64,000 bases of DNA, taken from sequence record OR770614.1. The stretch is one strand, 5' to 3'. Numbering within the stretch: position 1 is the first letter of the stretch; every line of letters begins with the position of its first letter. Position numbers and translations under genes: made by a program. Shown piece by piece: positions 32,109 to 42,223 of the stretch. Source of the DNA: Staphylococcus phage vB_StaM_PB50. A model generated the notes under the pieces. It worked only from the letters and a program-made list of their open reading frames with translations, did not search any database and had not been told where the DNA came from.

Positions 32109-32633
32109 ATGGCAAAGAATTTAAAAGTAGGTAAAGATAAATATATTAATGTAGCTTTAAGATTTAAAAATACTACTTGGACAGCAGCATTATTAGTTCA
32201 AATTGTAAACTTTGTAATTTTTATGATTAGAGCATTTGGTGGGAATGTTTCAGGTAGTACTGAAGAAAATATAGGTAGTATTATTCAAGTTGCAGCAATG
32301 GCCATTTCAAGTATAGTAGGTAGATTTATGGATCCTACAACTAGTGGAACAGCAGACTCTGAACGTAACTTAGCTAAAACTCGATTAACTACAAATGATG
32401 AAAAATCTCTTCAAGCAATGGATTATGATGGTTCAGTTTTACCTCCAGTTAAACCTTTTTTGGAGCAAAACAACAACCAAGAAACTACAAACTTGCAAAA
32501 CAATCAAAATTCCAATGAAAGTAATTTTGGTGGTGGATCAGTAGGTAATGAAACTATTGATAATGAAGTTAATATAGATTCTAATTACAATCCAGAAATA
32601 TTTGGTGGAGGATCTTCTTCTGAAGATAATTAA
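32109..32633 (+). CDS. holin-like membrane protein with Gly/Asn-rich C-terminal tail
   Basis: N-terminal hydrophobic pattern TWTAALLVQIVNFVIFMIRAFGG...IIQVAAMAISSIVGRFMDPTTSGTADSERNLA resembles Bacillus-phage holin class (Phage_holin_4_1-like). Confidence 0.35.
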   Translation: MAKNLKVGKDKYINVALRFKNTTWTAALLVQIVNFVIFMIRAFGGNVSGSTEENIGSIIQVAAMAISSIVGRFMDPTTSGTADSERNLAKTRLTTNDEKSLQAMDYDGSVLPPVKPFLEQNNNQETTNLQNNQNSNESNFGGGSVGNETIDNEVNIDSNYNPEIFGGGSSSEDN

Positions 32634-32656
32634 AAATCAATAATAAATATAATTTA

Positions 32657-32692
32657 CGGTAACGCTCTTAACTGAGTGTTACCGTTATTTTA
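32657..32692 (+). terminator. rho-independent terminator
   Basis: CGGTAACGCTC..GAGTGTTACCG stem then TTATTTTAT. Confidence 0.45.
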
Positions 32693-32762
32693 TAAAAATT
32701 TTTAATACATATATAACGTTAATATTATAAATTAATGTGTTACTTAGAAAGGGAGTTTAGGG

Positions 32763-33392
32763 GTGGCAAAAAAGAAAAAAGAAGTTCCTAAAAAGATACT
32801 AGATAAAATTGAAGAAGCTAAAAAATGTAATATAAATATGAATAAAAAAGAAAATTCTATTATAATAAATATTGAAGACCATGAAGTTTATCAATACTTA
32901 AGACACCGTAGAAATGGTTATAGAATGTATGATCCTCTACATGCTTATAAAAAAGTATTAGAAGATATGTTTAAAAATTTATTAATAATAAATGATGATA
33001 TAAATGAATTAGTTAAAGAAAATTTCGATAATGCGATAGATATAACTTTAATAGTAGAATGTAATCCAGTTAACAATACAGATTCTATTAAAAAAATATT
33101 ATATAAATTATTGGGTAAAGTTTTTAGAGTTAAAACGCCTGATACAGATAATTTTCAAAAAACTATATTCGATATTATGAATGATATATTTTGGAAAGAT
33201 GATGCACAAATTGTTAAAATTAATGCAGAGAAAAAATACTCATATGATTTTAAAGATAAGACTTACATAAAACTGACTTATCATGAAGATCATAAAGATT
33301 ATGAAAAAGGTTCATTAACTAAAGAAGAAAAAGAGCAATATAAAGAATTAATAGAAAAAATTAAAATGTATAAAGAAAGAGGTATTTTATAA
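32763..33392 (+). CDS. hypothetical protein
   Basis: 209 aa ORF. Confidence 0.35.
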   Translation: MAKKKKEVPKKILDKIEEAKKCNINMNKKENSIIINIEDHEVYQYLRHRRNGYRMYDPLHAYKKVLEDMFKNLLIINDDINELVKENFDNAIDITLIVECNPVNNTDSIKKILYKLLGKVFRVKTPDTDNFQKTIFDIMNDIFWKDDAQIVKINAEKKYSYDFKDKTYIKLTYHEDHKDYEKGSLTKEEKEQYKELIEKIKMYKERGIL

Positions 33393-33393
33393 A

Positions 33394-33909
33394 ATGGCTG
33401 AAATGAAAAATAGTAGAGATGTATTAATCGGAGAAGAAAAAGATATTAGAGATTTACAATTATTAATGAGAATTAGAAATAATATTATGAATTATGTAGA
33501 TGTAGAAAATACAATTGATATTATTCGAGATGTAATTAATGATTCTGAAAACTTTAGCTTTAGATCTAAACAAGCTGAAAAATTTATTGATGTTAAAAAA
33601 CCTGTATTTGTTATTAAATTAGATGATAGTGAACTATCTGCTAAGAATAAACAAAGCTTTGAAGGTAGTGAAAGTGATTATCAAAGTTATATAGATAATT
33701 ATGAAAAAGATGTAGCTGATAAGCTTGATAGAGAAGTTTTAAAATATATAGGTAAAGCTATTTTTGATTCTATTAAAGATGATAGTGAATTAGATAGATT
33801 ATTAAAAGATAATGAGCTAGAAATGAAAGATTTAATGATTACAAATATTTATGTGTATAAATTATCAGATCCTTATACTAATGCAATCAATCTTTCATTA
33901 TTTATTTAA
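33394..33909 (+). CDS. hypothetical protein
   Basis: 171 aa ORF abutting previous gene. Confidence 0.35.
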   Translation: MAEMKNSRDVLIGEEKDIRDLQLLMRIRNNIMNYVDVENTIDIIRDVINDSENFSFRSKQAEKFIDVKKPVFVIKLDDSELSAKNKQSFEGSESDYQSYIDNYEKDVADKLDREVLKYIGKAIFDSIKDDSELDRLLKDNELEMKDLMITNIYVYKLSDPYTNAINLSLFI

Positions 33910-33933
33910 TACATGAATACTATTAAAACTAGT

Positions 33934-33945
33934 AAAACATTCTCT
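33934..33945 (+). promoter_or_regulatory. AACA-N6-TA motif
   Basis: AACATTCTCTTA 45 nt upstream of ATG 33989. Confidence 0.35.
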
Positions 33946-33988
33946 TATAATAATAAAAATAAGAGCGAAAGTTTGGTGAATATTCATA

Positions 33989-36985
33989 ATGGAAGATAAA
34001 GATAAAAATCTCTTACAAATAAGTGAAGAGATGAATTCTATTAAGTCTAAGATAAATTCTTTAGTTCAAGATCAAGATAGTATTAAGAATTTATCAGAAG
34101 ATAATAAGAATAAGATTAATGTACTTAATGAAAATCTGGATAATATTGATAAAGAAAATGATAACTTAATAGAAAAATTAAGAAATTTAGATGGTAGTCA
34201 TGATATTGATTTAGATCTTTCTAATTATGTTACACTTGATACACTTAAAACAGAATTAAGAAAATATCAAAAATTAAGTATTGACTATATTGATAGATTA
34301 GCTGAAGGTGGTTGGGATTCTGATATTAAAGGTAATTTAGAAAACCTTAATGGCAGAGTCTCAGCTAATGAAGAATCAATTTCTTCAACTATGTCTAAAG
34401 TTAATAAATATGATTCAACTATTCAATACTTAAGCACTAAGGTTGAACAAACAGCTGAGTCTATTAAGAGTATTGCTACTGATTACACACTTAATGAAAT
34501 TAATCAAAGTATTACTAAATTAGAATCATTTAGAGAACAAACAGCTAGAGTTTTACAAGATACAGTTACTAGAGCTGATATAGATACTATGAATAATAAA
34601 GTAACTGAATTTGAAAGTCAAGTATCTCAGTTTGCAGATTTAATAGAACAGACTGTTTCTAAATCAGAAATTGACGGAATTACTATTGGTGGTAAAAACT
34701 TACTAGAAAATTCATTAGCTATTAAAGGTAATTGGTTATTATACCCTGAAAGTTTATCTTCAACTAAAGAGAATGCTTTAACATTTGGTCAAGATAATAA
34801 CGGTAAGAGTTATTTTACTATTAATACCGATGGAATAGAAGGAGAAGTTGGAACTATAAGCTATAATTCTTTCCCTTTAAAATATAATGAAACTTATACT
34901 ATTTCATTTGATTTTAGATCAGATACATTTAATAGACTTGATCATTGTTACTTCATTGATCCTTCAGGTAATTATACTACACCTATTGCTGAAAAATATT
35001 TAGATATTGATGAAGAATGGCATAGATACTCATTTGTATATAAACAAACTTTAACTGGAAGAAATAGTACAAAATTATTAATTGGTGTAGATACTGATTT
35101 AAATCAATTAAATGGTACATTTGATATATCTAGTGTTAAAGTTGAAAGAGGTAGTGTATCATCTGACTGGACTCCTGCTCCAGAAGACTTTGATAATATG
35201 TTAGAGAATTATAATAAAGATATCAATAATAAAATAGATAATATTGAAGAAAATGCTATTGGGTTAGGTGATACTGTTACTGAAGCTTTTAAAGATGGTA
35301 TTATATCTAATGCAGAAAAAATAGCTATTGAAAAGCAAAAGAATATTATTGATAAAGATAAAAAAGAAATAGATCAAATATTTAATTCATTATATGCAAA
35401 TAAAATGATGACAAATAGTGTTAAAACTGAATTGAAAAATAATTATGATTTATTCAATGAAAAATATAATATATTACTACAAGATATAACTAATACAATT
35501 TCAGATGGAATAGCTACTAAAGAAGAAGTAGCTCAATTTAATACAAATTTCTTAAGATATAATGAAGCTCAATCAAATATTAAATCATCTATTCAAAAGG
35601 CAGTAGATAATATTTCTAATGGCTATGCAGTTGATGAAGCTAGTAAAATCACTGTAGGTGGAATGAACTTAGTAAGTTATGAAAATATTTTAGCTATAGG
35701 ATCTGCAACTCTAAATAAGAATACTTATAAAGAGAACGGTGAAATGAATGTAGCTTTAACTGCTAATGGACAAGGTATTAAATTTAAATTAGATAAAGTG
35801 AGAAATAGACGTGAACATGTATTAGGTTTTAATTTAGAAAAGAAAACTGGTACACTTACAAATGTTGATATTAATATTCCTAATGCTTCTGTAACTTCTT
35901 GTTCTGTTAATGGTAATAAAATTGGAAGTGATTCTAGAAGTATTACATTTAACGATACATCATCATTGACATTTATTGAAGTTGTATTTATACCTAATGA
36001 CAGTTTCACAACTAATACTCCTACAGAAATCGTTATTAATCGTAATGGCACATTCCCATTATCTGTAGATGTAGAAGGGTTAAAAGTGGAAGAAGGTAAT
36101 AAAGCTACTGCTTGGCAACCTTCTATTAAAGACAGTAATGCTAGAATTACTAATATGGAAAGTAGAATTAGTCAGAATGAAAAGAATATAGATTTAAGTG
36201 TAACTAAAGAAACGTACAATGCAGATAAATCTAAAATGGAAAAAATGGGATCAGCTTTATCTATTTTAGCAGATGGTATTAGTATGTCATCTTCATCTAA
36301 TGATAAATTGTCTTCTTTTGATATTGATCCTAATAGCATTAAATTAAAATCTAAAATGGTTGATATTAATGATGGCGATGTAATAATTTCTAATGGTAAA
36401 GCTACTATTAAAGAAGCTTCTATTACTAATTTAATGTCTAAAAATATAGTTGTCCAAACTATGTTAGATGCAATGGGTGAAGTTAAAGGTGGTATTACTA
36501 TTAAACGTCCTGATGGAGGTTACTTAGTATATAATGGTATGCCAAGATTTACTACAGCTTATGTGCGTTCTGAACCAGGTGTGCAAGATTTAATGTCTAA
36601 TGGTACTCCTAGATTTAAGAATGTTGGTAATGCATTTATGTTTAGTGATAAGACTACCGGTAAATACTTCAGACGTGCTATGACAATGTATGGTCAACAT
36701 GAAACTAGATGGTTGCATATAGGTATTTGGTATGCTACTCCTCAATGTGGTATTGATATTAAAGTAGATTCATTTAATGACCAAAATGGAGTATTCTTTG
36801 ATAAAACTGTGTCTATACCTAAAGATACGTCAACTAGTGTAACTAAGACAAAACATAAAGAAATTATTGTAGATATGGGTATTCCAGCACAATCTATAGC
36901 TTCTATAGCAATTCGTGCAAGAGTTAAACCTGGTCAAAAAGGTAATGCTTGGATTCTTAACTCATATGTTTATGGTAGAAACTAA
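33989..36985 (+). CDS. tail fibre protein 2 (998 aa)
   Basis: Coiled-coil N-terminus; modules ending RGSVSSDWTPAPEDFD and EGNKATAWQPSIKD like the 2781-aa fibre. Confidence 0.55.
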   Translation: MEDKDKNLLQISEEMNSIKSKINSLVQDQDSIKNLSEDNKNKINVLNENLDNIDKENDNLIEKLRNLDGSHDIDLDLSNYVTLDTLKTELRKYQKLSIDYIDRLAEGGWDSDIKGNLENLNGRVSANEESISSTMSKVNKYDSTIQYLSTKVEQTAESIKSIATDYTLNEINQSITKLESFREQTARVLQDTVTRADIDTMNNKVTEFESQVSQFADLIEQTVSKSEIDGITIGGKNLLENSLAIKGNWLLYPESLSSTKENALTFGQDNNGKSYFTINTDGIEGEVGTISYNSFPLKYNETYTISFDFRSDTFNRLDHCYFIDPSGNYTTPIAEKYLDIDEEWHRYSFVYKQTLTGRNSTKLLIGVDTDLNQLNGTFDISSVKVERGSVSSDWTPAPEDFDNMLENYNKDINNKIDNIEENAIGLGDTVTEAFKDGIISNAEKIAIEKQKNIIDKDKKEIDQIFNSLYANKMMTNSVKTELKNNYDLFNEKYNILLQDITNTISDGIATKEEVAQFNTNFLRYNEAQSNIKSSIQKAVDNISNGYAVDEASKITVGGMNLVSYENILAIGSATLNKNTYKENGEMNVALTANGQGIKFKLDKVRNRREHVLGFNLEKKTGTLTNVDINIPNASVTSCSVNGNKIGSDSRSITFNDTSSLTFIEVVFIPNDSFTTNTPTEIVINRNGTFPLSVDVEGLKVEEGNKATAWQPSIKDSNARITNMESRISQNEKNIDLSVTKETYNADKSKMEKMGSALSILADGISMSSSSNDKLSSFDIDPNSIKLKSKMVDINDGDVIISNGKATIKEASITNLMSKNIVVQTMLDAMGEVKGGITIKRPDGGYLVYNGMPRFTTAYVRSEPGVQDLMSNGTPRFKNVGNAFMFSDKTTGKYFRRAMTMYGQHETRWLHIGIWYATPQCGIDIKVDSFNDQNGVFFDKTVSIPKDTSTSVTKTKHKEIIVDMGIPAQSIASIAIRARVKPGQKGNAWILNSYVYGRN

Positions 36986-36992
36986 TATTTAA

Positions 36993-37472
36993 TTGGAAAG
37001 GAGCTTGAATATTTTGTCAGAAGAAAAGAATGAAGAAAAAATTATGATGGATTTAGCAGTAACAGTGGACAATGAAGGAAATATACTTGATTATGAAACT
37101 TTACAATATGAAGATGAACCTACAACTCTTCATCTAAAAACTAAAATTCCTTTCATTTATCAAGATCAAATTGATAAGTTTTATGTATATATGGAAGGTT
37201 TTAAACCAGTAGTTAAATTAAAAGAAAATGAAACTATTGATGAGAACAGATTAATGTCAGAAGAAGAAGCAGAATCATATTTACAAAGGAAAAAAGAAAG
37301 AGTTAAGCACATGAATATGATGAGCGAAGAATTATCTAAAGGTGTAGATACTAATTTTAGTGGAACTTATGGTGGAGATGATTTCAAAGCAACTGGAGAT
37401 AAGACAAATCCTTTAGATGGTCTTGATGCTTTTGGTAGAAGACAAACTGATAATACTGATTATTTTAGATAA
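36993..37472 (+). CDS. hypothetical protein (possible fibre chaperone)
   Basis: 159 aa ORF directly after fibre gene, RBS GGAAAGGAG. Confidence 0.35.
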   Translation: MERSLNILSEEKNEEKIMMDLAVTVDNEGNILDYETLQYEDEPTTLHLKTKIPFIYQDQIDKFYVYMEGFKPVVKLKENETIDENRLMSEEEAESYLQRKKERVKHMNMMSEELSKGVDTNFSGTYGGDDFKATGDKTNPLDGLDAFGRRQTDNTDYFR

Positions 37473-37486
37473 AAAAAATGCGGTAA

Positions 37487-37527
37487 TAATCCCCTAACCT
37501 TATTAATTTAAGGTTAGGGGATATATT
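37487..37527. terminator. bidirectional rho-independent terminator
   Basis: ATCCCCTAACCTTA/TAAGGTTAGGGGAT stem between convergent genes, A-run before and T-run after. Confidence 0.6.
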
Positions 37528-37539
37528 TTTAAATTTTAA

Positions 37540-38154
37540 TTATCCAAAGATACGATCTAATGATTCTTCTAATGATTCGTTTGTGCTTTCTTCATCTTCT
37601 GAATCTTCTTCTTCGTCTTCATCTTCTTTAGTAATTTTATCTACATCTTCTTCAGGTTTTTCTTTAGAATCTGGAGATTTTTCTGAATTCATTTTGTTAG
37701 CTTTAGTTGTTTGTTTCTCAACATCCATTTCAGGTTTTTCATTTTCTTCGAATAGACGTTCTAATTCTTCTTCTAATGAATCTTCATCATCTTCAGAATC
37801 TTCATCTTCGTCTTCTTCTAATTCATCATCTTCTTCAGAATCATCTTCTTCAGACTCTTCAACTGAATCTTCATCATCTTCTTCAGAATCATCTTCTTCA
37901 GACTCTTCAACTGAATCTTCATCATCTTCTTCAGAATCATCTTCATCAGCTGATTCAATGATACTTTCGAATTGTTCTTCTACTGAAGTTTCTTCATCAT
38001 CTTCTTCAGATTTTGTTTCAGAATCTTCTTTAGATTTACTTTCGTCTTCATCTGCTGATTCAATGATACTTTCGAATTGTTCTTCAAGAGCTTCTTCCTG
38101 AGCTTGTTCGAAAAGTTGTTCTAACTCTTCTTGAATTGCATTTTGTTTTTCCAT
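37540..38154 (-). CDS. hyperacidic repeat protein (possible DNA mimic)
   Basis: 204 aa, ~55% D/E/S; internal repeats EEQFESIIESADED x2 and DSEEDDEDSVEESEE x2; terminators on both sides. Confidence 0.5.
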   Translation of the reverse strand: MEKQNAIQEELEQLFEQAQEEALEEQFESIIESADEDESKSKEDSETKSEEDDEETSVEEQFESIIESADEDDSEEDDEDSVEESEEDDSEEDDEDSVEESEEDDSEEDDELEEDEDEDSEDDEDSLEEELERLFEENEKPEMDVEKQTTKANKMNSEKSPDSKEKPEEDVDKITKEDEDEEEDSEDEESTNESLEESLDRIFG

Positions 38155-38289
38155 AATAAGTAATTCTCCTTTTTCAAAATATTTATATAATGATATAAAA
38201 ATTATGTTTTGTTATTTTTCTAAATACGTGTACAGATTAATAAAAAATTGTTCATATTAATCTAAAAAATACAATTTCTGATAAAAAAA

Positions 38290-38326
38290 ATAAATCACAT
38301 ATCTTAAAATTAATTAAGATATGTGA
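38290..38326 (-). terminator. rho-independent terminator
   Basis: CACATATCTTAA/TTAAGATATGTG 12-bp stem, then ATTTATTTTTTTTATC on minus strand. Confidence 0.55.
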
Positions 38327-38342
38327 ATGTTATTAATAAACA

Positions 38343-39041
38343 TTAAATAAATGCATTTTTAATTTTTGCTTTTCTTTCTATATCTTTGAATTCATCTTCT
38401 TCTATAAAATCAAAATTATAATTAGACATTAATGCATAAGTCAATGTATTAAAAATAGGACTTTTCTTACAATATTCTTCTCCTAAATTACTTATCAAAT
38501 CTATTATAGAACAAGTGTCTTCATCATTATAATTCTTTATATTAATTATTATTCTATCTCGTTTTCTATTTTTAGGTTTACTTAATGTAAATATATAGGT
38601 ATACTTATCCCTTAAATATTTTATTTCTTTATGAATATTTTTTATTAATAATTCAGCTTGTTCTTTTTGTTCTTTATTACTAATCATGAATTCAAAGCTC
38701 ATATTTAATAATGCTCTTTCATCATTAGGATTATAAGGTCTATTGTAATTACTTTTATATAACACTATATTTAAAAAGCCTTCATTGTTATAATAATCCA
38801 TATTATTATAATCATTTAAAGATTTCAGTATATCAACTATAGTTTCTTTATTTATAAAAGTTTTTAAATAATCTAAATGTTTATCACTTAATTTTACTGA
38901 TTTATTAAAATTGTTAATCATATTTGGTATTCTTAAATAAACTGGATTATCTTTATATAGATCACATAATTGATTAAAACTTAAAGGAATTACTCTAGGA
39001 CCTATTAGTTCTTTTTCTTTAAGTATTCTGATATTAATCAC
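38343..39041 (-). CDS. hypothetical early protein (C-terminal-motif family member, divergent)
   Basis: 232 aa ORF; C-terminus ...RKAKIKNAFI. Confidence 0.4.
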   Translation of the reverse strand: MINIRILKEKELIGPRVIPLSFNQLCDLYKDNPVYLRIPNMINNFNKSVKLSDKHLDYLKTFINKETIVDILKSLNDYNNMDYYNNEGFLNIVLYKSNYNRPYNPNDERALLNMSFEFMISNKEQKEQAELLIKNIHKEIKYLRDKYTYIFTLSKPKNRKRDRIIINIKNYNDEDTCSIIDLISNLGEEYCKKSPIFNTLTYALMSNYNFDFIEEDEFKDIERKAKIKNAFI

Positions 39042-39054
39042 TTTCTTTCTATTA

Positions 39055-39717
39055 TTATATAAATAATTCTTTAGTTAATATTGATTTATATTCTTTTTTA
39101 TCTATACTTTCTATAAAATTTCTATGATCCAAAAGAACTTTTATCTCATTATTGAATTTATTATAATCATCTGCATATACTGCAATATTATCCAAAATGA
39201 ATTGAATGATCTTAATATAGTTTGAGTAAAATAAATTCTCTATAAATTCATCTATTTTATTTTTATCTATTAAAAATATTAATGTCAAATCTAATACATA
39301 CTCTGTATTGTAATGATCCAGAGAAACAGATTTTAAAAAATCTAGATCAATTTCATGTATACTATCTATAAATTCTTTTTCGTTTTCAATTAAATCTGAA
39401 TAACTTTTTAAACTGAAATACATATTCATTATATATCTATTTTTAGATGTTTTACTAATAAAAAATTCTAATTTACTATTAAAGAAATCCATATGAACTA
39501 CTTTCATATTTTCTCTATTAAGAATTTCAAATATTTTATTAGCTATACATTTAGATGCTTTTTCCATATTATTAATTTCTTCATCAGAATTAATTAAATA
39601 AATTGATCTGTCTTTATTATCATTAAAATCATAGATCTTTTTATTACCATTGGCACTTCTCTTATGATAAAATATATTTACATTTTCTTTGTTAAAACGA
39701 TATAAGTAGTTAACCAT
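39055..39717 (-). CDS. hypothetical early protein, C-terminal-motif family
   Basis: 220 aa; C-terminus KKEYKSILTKELFI. Confidence 0.4.
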   Translation of the reverse strand: MVNYLYRFNKENVNIFYHKRSANGNKKIYDFNDNKDRSIYLINSDEEINNMEKASKCIANKIFEILNRENMKVVHMDFFNSKLEFFISKTSKNRYIMNMYFSLKSYSDLIENEKEFIDSIHEIDLDFLKSVSLDHYNTEYVLDLTLIFLIDKNKIDEFIENLFYSNYIKIIQFILDNIAVYADDYNKFNNEIKVLLDHRNFIESIDKKEYKSILTKELFI

Positions 39718-39794
39718 AAAAGCATCTCATCCATTTCTATATTATAATATAATAAAAAGTTACTATATTATTTATGGATGAGATGTTATATAAT

Positions 39795-40637
39795 CTATTT
39801 AAAACTTTCTTTTACTGCTATCTTCTTATATTCATCTTCTGGTACAAAAGTTATTTTTTCTTTATTTTTATTAATAATATCTTTATATGATATAGAATCT
39901 AAATTATCTATTACTTCATCTTTAAAATATAAAGAATATAATTCAATACCTTTTTTATCTCTAAAGAAATTGCAATTTAGTATTTCATAATTATATTTTT
40001 TCATTAAAACTGATAAGAAATTATTTAATTCTTCTTTATTAGGAATTAAAAAGAATTTCATATTTTTCATTTCTTTATTATTTATACGATCTCTCCTAGA
40101 TATATTGATATATGAAGTTATTGTTTTTGAAATAACTTCATATAATTTATTTGGAGATGAATAATTATTAAAAAGATAAGGATTGATTTGCTTTCTATTT
40201 TTACCTTTTACATAATTATCTAATTTAAATTGATACTCTTTAAATCTATTTAATATTCTTTTATTTACTTTATTAGATAAAATTAAATAATAACTTTCTT
40301 TAGTACCACGATTTTCTATATATAATATATCTATTCTATTGTCTATATCCTTTTTAACATGTCTAAATAATTTTTTATTAAATAATTGCATTACTTCACT
40401 TATGTCAAAATAATTATCACTATATCTTTCATCTTCAGGTACAATATCATGTACAAATATTGTACCTACTTGGGGCATAAATTTTCCATCATTTTTATAA
40501 TTTGAATTATAATCTACAACAGAATTGATAAAGAATTTATAAAAATTATCATCTTCATTATTTTTATACAACATATTCAATTTTGTATTCTCATTATCCT
40601 TTTTAGTTAGTCTTTTATCTATTTTAATGATTTCCAT
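39795..40637 (-). CDS. hypothetical early protein, C-terminal-motif family
   Basis: 280 aa; C-terminus DEYKKIAVKESFK. Confidence 0.4.
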   Translation of the reverse strand: MEIIKIDKRLTKKDNENTKLNMLYKNNEDDNFYKFFINSVVDYNSNYKNDGKFMPQVGTIFVHDIVPEDERYSDNYFDISEVMQLFNKKLFRHVKKDIDNRIDILYIENRGTKESYYLILSNKVNKRILNRFKEYQFKLDNYVKGKNRKQINPYLFNNYSSPNKLYEVISKTITSYINISRRDRINNKEMKNMKFFLIPNKEELNNFLSVLMKKYNYEILNCNFFRDKKGIELYSLYFKDEVIDNLDSISYKDIINKNKEKITFVPEDEYKKIAVKESFK

Positions 40638-40655
40638 AATATCAATTTCATCTCC

Positions 40656-41195
40656 TTATTTAAATGTCTCTTTTACTATAAATTTTTTGTATTCTTCCTT
40701 AGACATATCATCTATATATCCTTTATATTCATATAAATTATAATCAGAACTATAGAAAATAACATCTTCTTCCTCTCCATCATGTTCTGGAAGAAAATCA
40801 AAATTGTATGAAAAAACTATATACATATCTTCTTTAATATTACGTATATAGCTATTAAATATAAATTTATTCATATTTTTACTTTCTAAGAAACTAATAT
40901 TTTTAGTATATTCTTCTCCATTTTCATGAATGTGAATTATATTATTTAAATGATTATCTTCAACCCATTCAGGACTATTCTCAAATGATATATGTTTAAC
41001 TACTTCATTATTCATATTTATTAATTTAAAATTAATTAATACGTTTCCTGGTGTAGTTTCTACATTATGTTTAAATCTATAAAACATATAAGTGTCAATA
41101 ATTTCTTTATTTGAAATTTCTCCTTCATCTCTTGTTAAATGAAATATGTCAAAGTGACCGTCTTGTTCTATTCTAAATTTTTTATTGATTTCCAT
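40656..41195 (-). CDS. hypothetical early protein, C-terminal-motif family
   Basis: 179 aa; C-terminus EEYKKFIVKETFK. Confidence 0.4.
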   Translation of the reverse strand: MEINKKFRIEQDGHFDIFHLTRDEGEISNKEIIDTYMFYRFKHNVETTPGNVLINFKLINMNNEVVKHISFENSPEWVEDNHLNNIIHIHENGEEYTKNISFLESKNMNKFIFNSYIRNIKEDMYIVFSYNFDFLPEHDGEEEDVIFYSSDYNLYEYKGYIDDMSKEEYKKFIVKETFK

Positions 41196-41196
41196 T

Positions 41197-41823
41197 TTAT
41201 TTAAATCCCCTTTTTATTAATTCATTTTTATATTCTTTTTCATTAATTTCTTGTATTCTAGTATTTATAATATTCATAAAATTGTATAACCTCATATTAT
41301 TAACTTTATACATTCTTGCATTATTTCCATTATCATAACCAATATTATTATTTATAGGTTCGATAATTTCTTTAGAGTTACAATGTGAAATTAATTCAAA
41401 TACGATATTTCTATTTTCACTTATATCGATAATTAATTCTAGGTTTGAAAATTCTAAATCTAAATTATTAATATCTTCTTTAATTAGATTAAATATATTT
41501 TTAGAATTTTCTATATCATGGGTCAATCTATAATAATCTCCATATATGTCTTCCCTAAATAAACCTATATTACCTTTTGATATTATATGATATTTAAATT
41601 CTATAATATTTCTTAAACTATTCAATTCAATAGTGATTGTGTTATATTTAATTATTTTTCTCATTCTATCAGTATAAAATTCATTGAAAAATTGTTCAAA
41701 TAAAATAATATTTAATTCTTGAGAATCAATACTATCTTTATTTTGTTTATATGGTAATTTTAGTGTATCAATATTTTTAAAATTTCTTAATAAACCTCTA
41801 AAATCCAACATGAAATAATTCAT
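41197..41823 (-). CDS. hypothetical early protein, C-terminal-motif family
   Basis: 208 aa; C-terminus EKEYKNELIKRGFK. Confidence 0.4.
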   Translation of the reverse strand: MNYFMLDFRGLLRNFKNIDTLKLPYKQNKDSIDSQELNIILFEQFFNEFYTDRMRKIIKYNTITIELNSLRNIIEFKYHIISKGNIGLFREDIYGDYYRLTHDIENSKNIFNLIKEDINNLDLEFSNLELIIDISENRNIVFELISHCNSKEIIEPINNNIGYDNGNNARMYKVNNMRLYNFMNIINTRIQEINEKEYKNELIKRGFK

Positions 41824-41904
41824 CTATCCTTTTCATCTCCTTCAAATAAAAAAATTAATTATAAAAGAGATGATACTTTAATTAAAGTATCATCTCATTT
41901 TTTA

Positions 41905-42204
41905 TTAAATTACATTCTTATAGATAGTTTCAGGTACAAATTCTTCATCATAATCATGAATAGTTAATAATACATCTTCATGAGAATATTCTAAAGTATA
42001 CATATCATTTTCATCATTAACATTAACTACTGAATAAGAGAAAATACTTGAATCTTTGTCTAATCCTAATTCTTCAATTAAACCTGATTCAGTTCCATAA
42101 CCTTCATCTACACCTATTTCATTACTTTCTAGTACTTCATACTCTCCATCTACTTCACCTCTAAGTTGTAAATCTCTTAATACTTCTTCATTTAATTTTG
42201 TCAT
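41905..42204 (-). CDS. small acidic protein, possible Ugi-like DNA mimic
   Basis: Start taken at second Met (MTKLNEEVL) because GGAGG RBS lies 7 nt upstream; 99 aa, strongly acidic; N-terminus and composition reminiscent of PBS2 Ugi (MTNLSDII...). Confidence 0.3.
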   Translation of the reverse strand: MTKLNEEVLRDLQLRGEVDGEYEVLESNEIGVDEGYGTESGLIEELGLDKDSSIFSYSVVNVNDENDMYTLEYSHEDVLLTIHDYDEEFVPETIYKNVI

Positions 42205-42223
42205 AACAAATTCCTCCATTAAT

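Noticed and set aside
37583-38101. Plus-strand ORFs (172 aa Ser-rich; 84 aa His/Leu-rich) antisense to the hyperacidic protein gene
   Set aside because: Mirror-image artefacts of the GA-rich repeats of the minus-strand gene; Ser-rich low complexity with no RBS, and the minus-strand gene has a proper RBS and flanking terminators.
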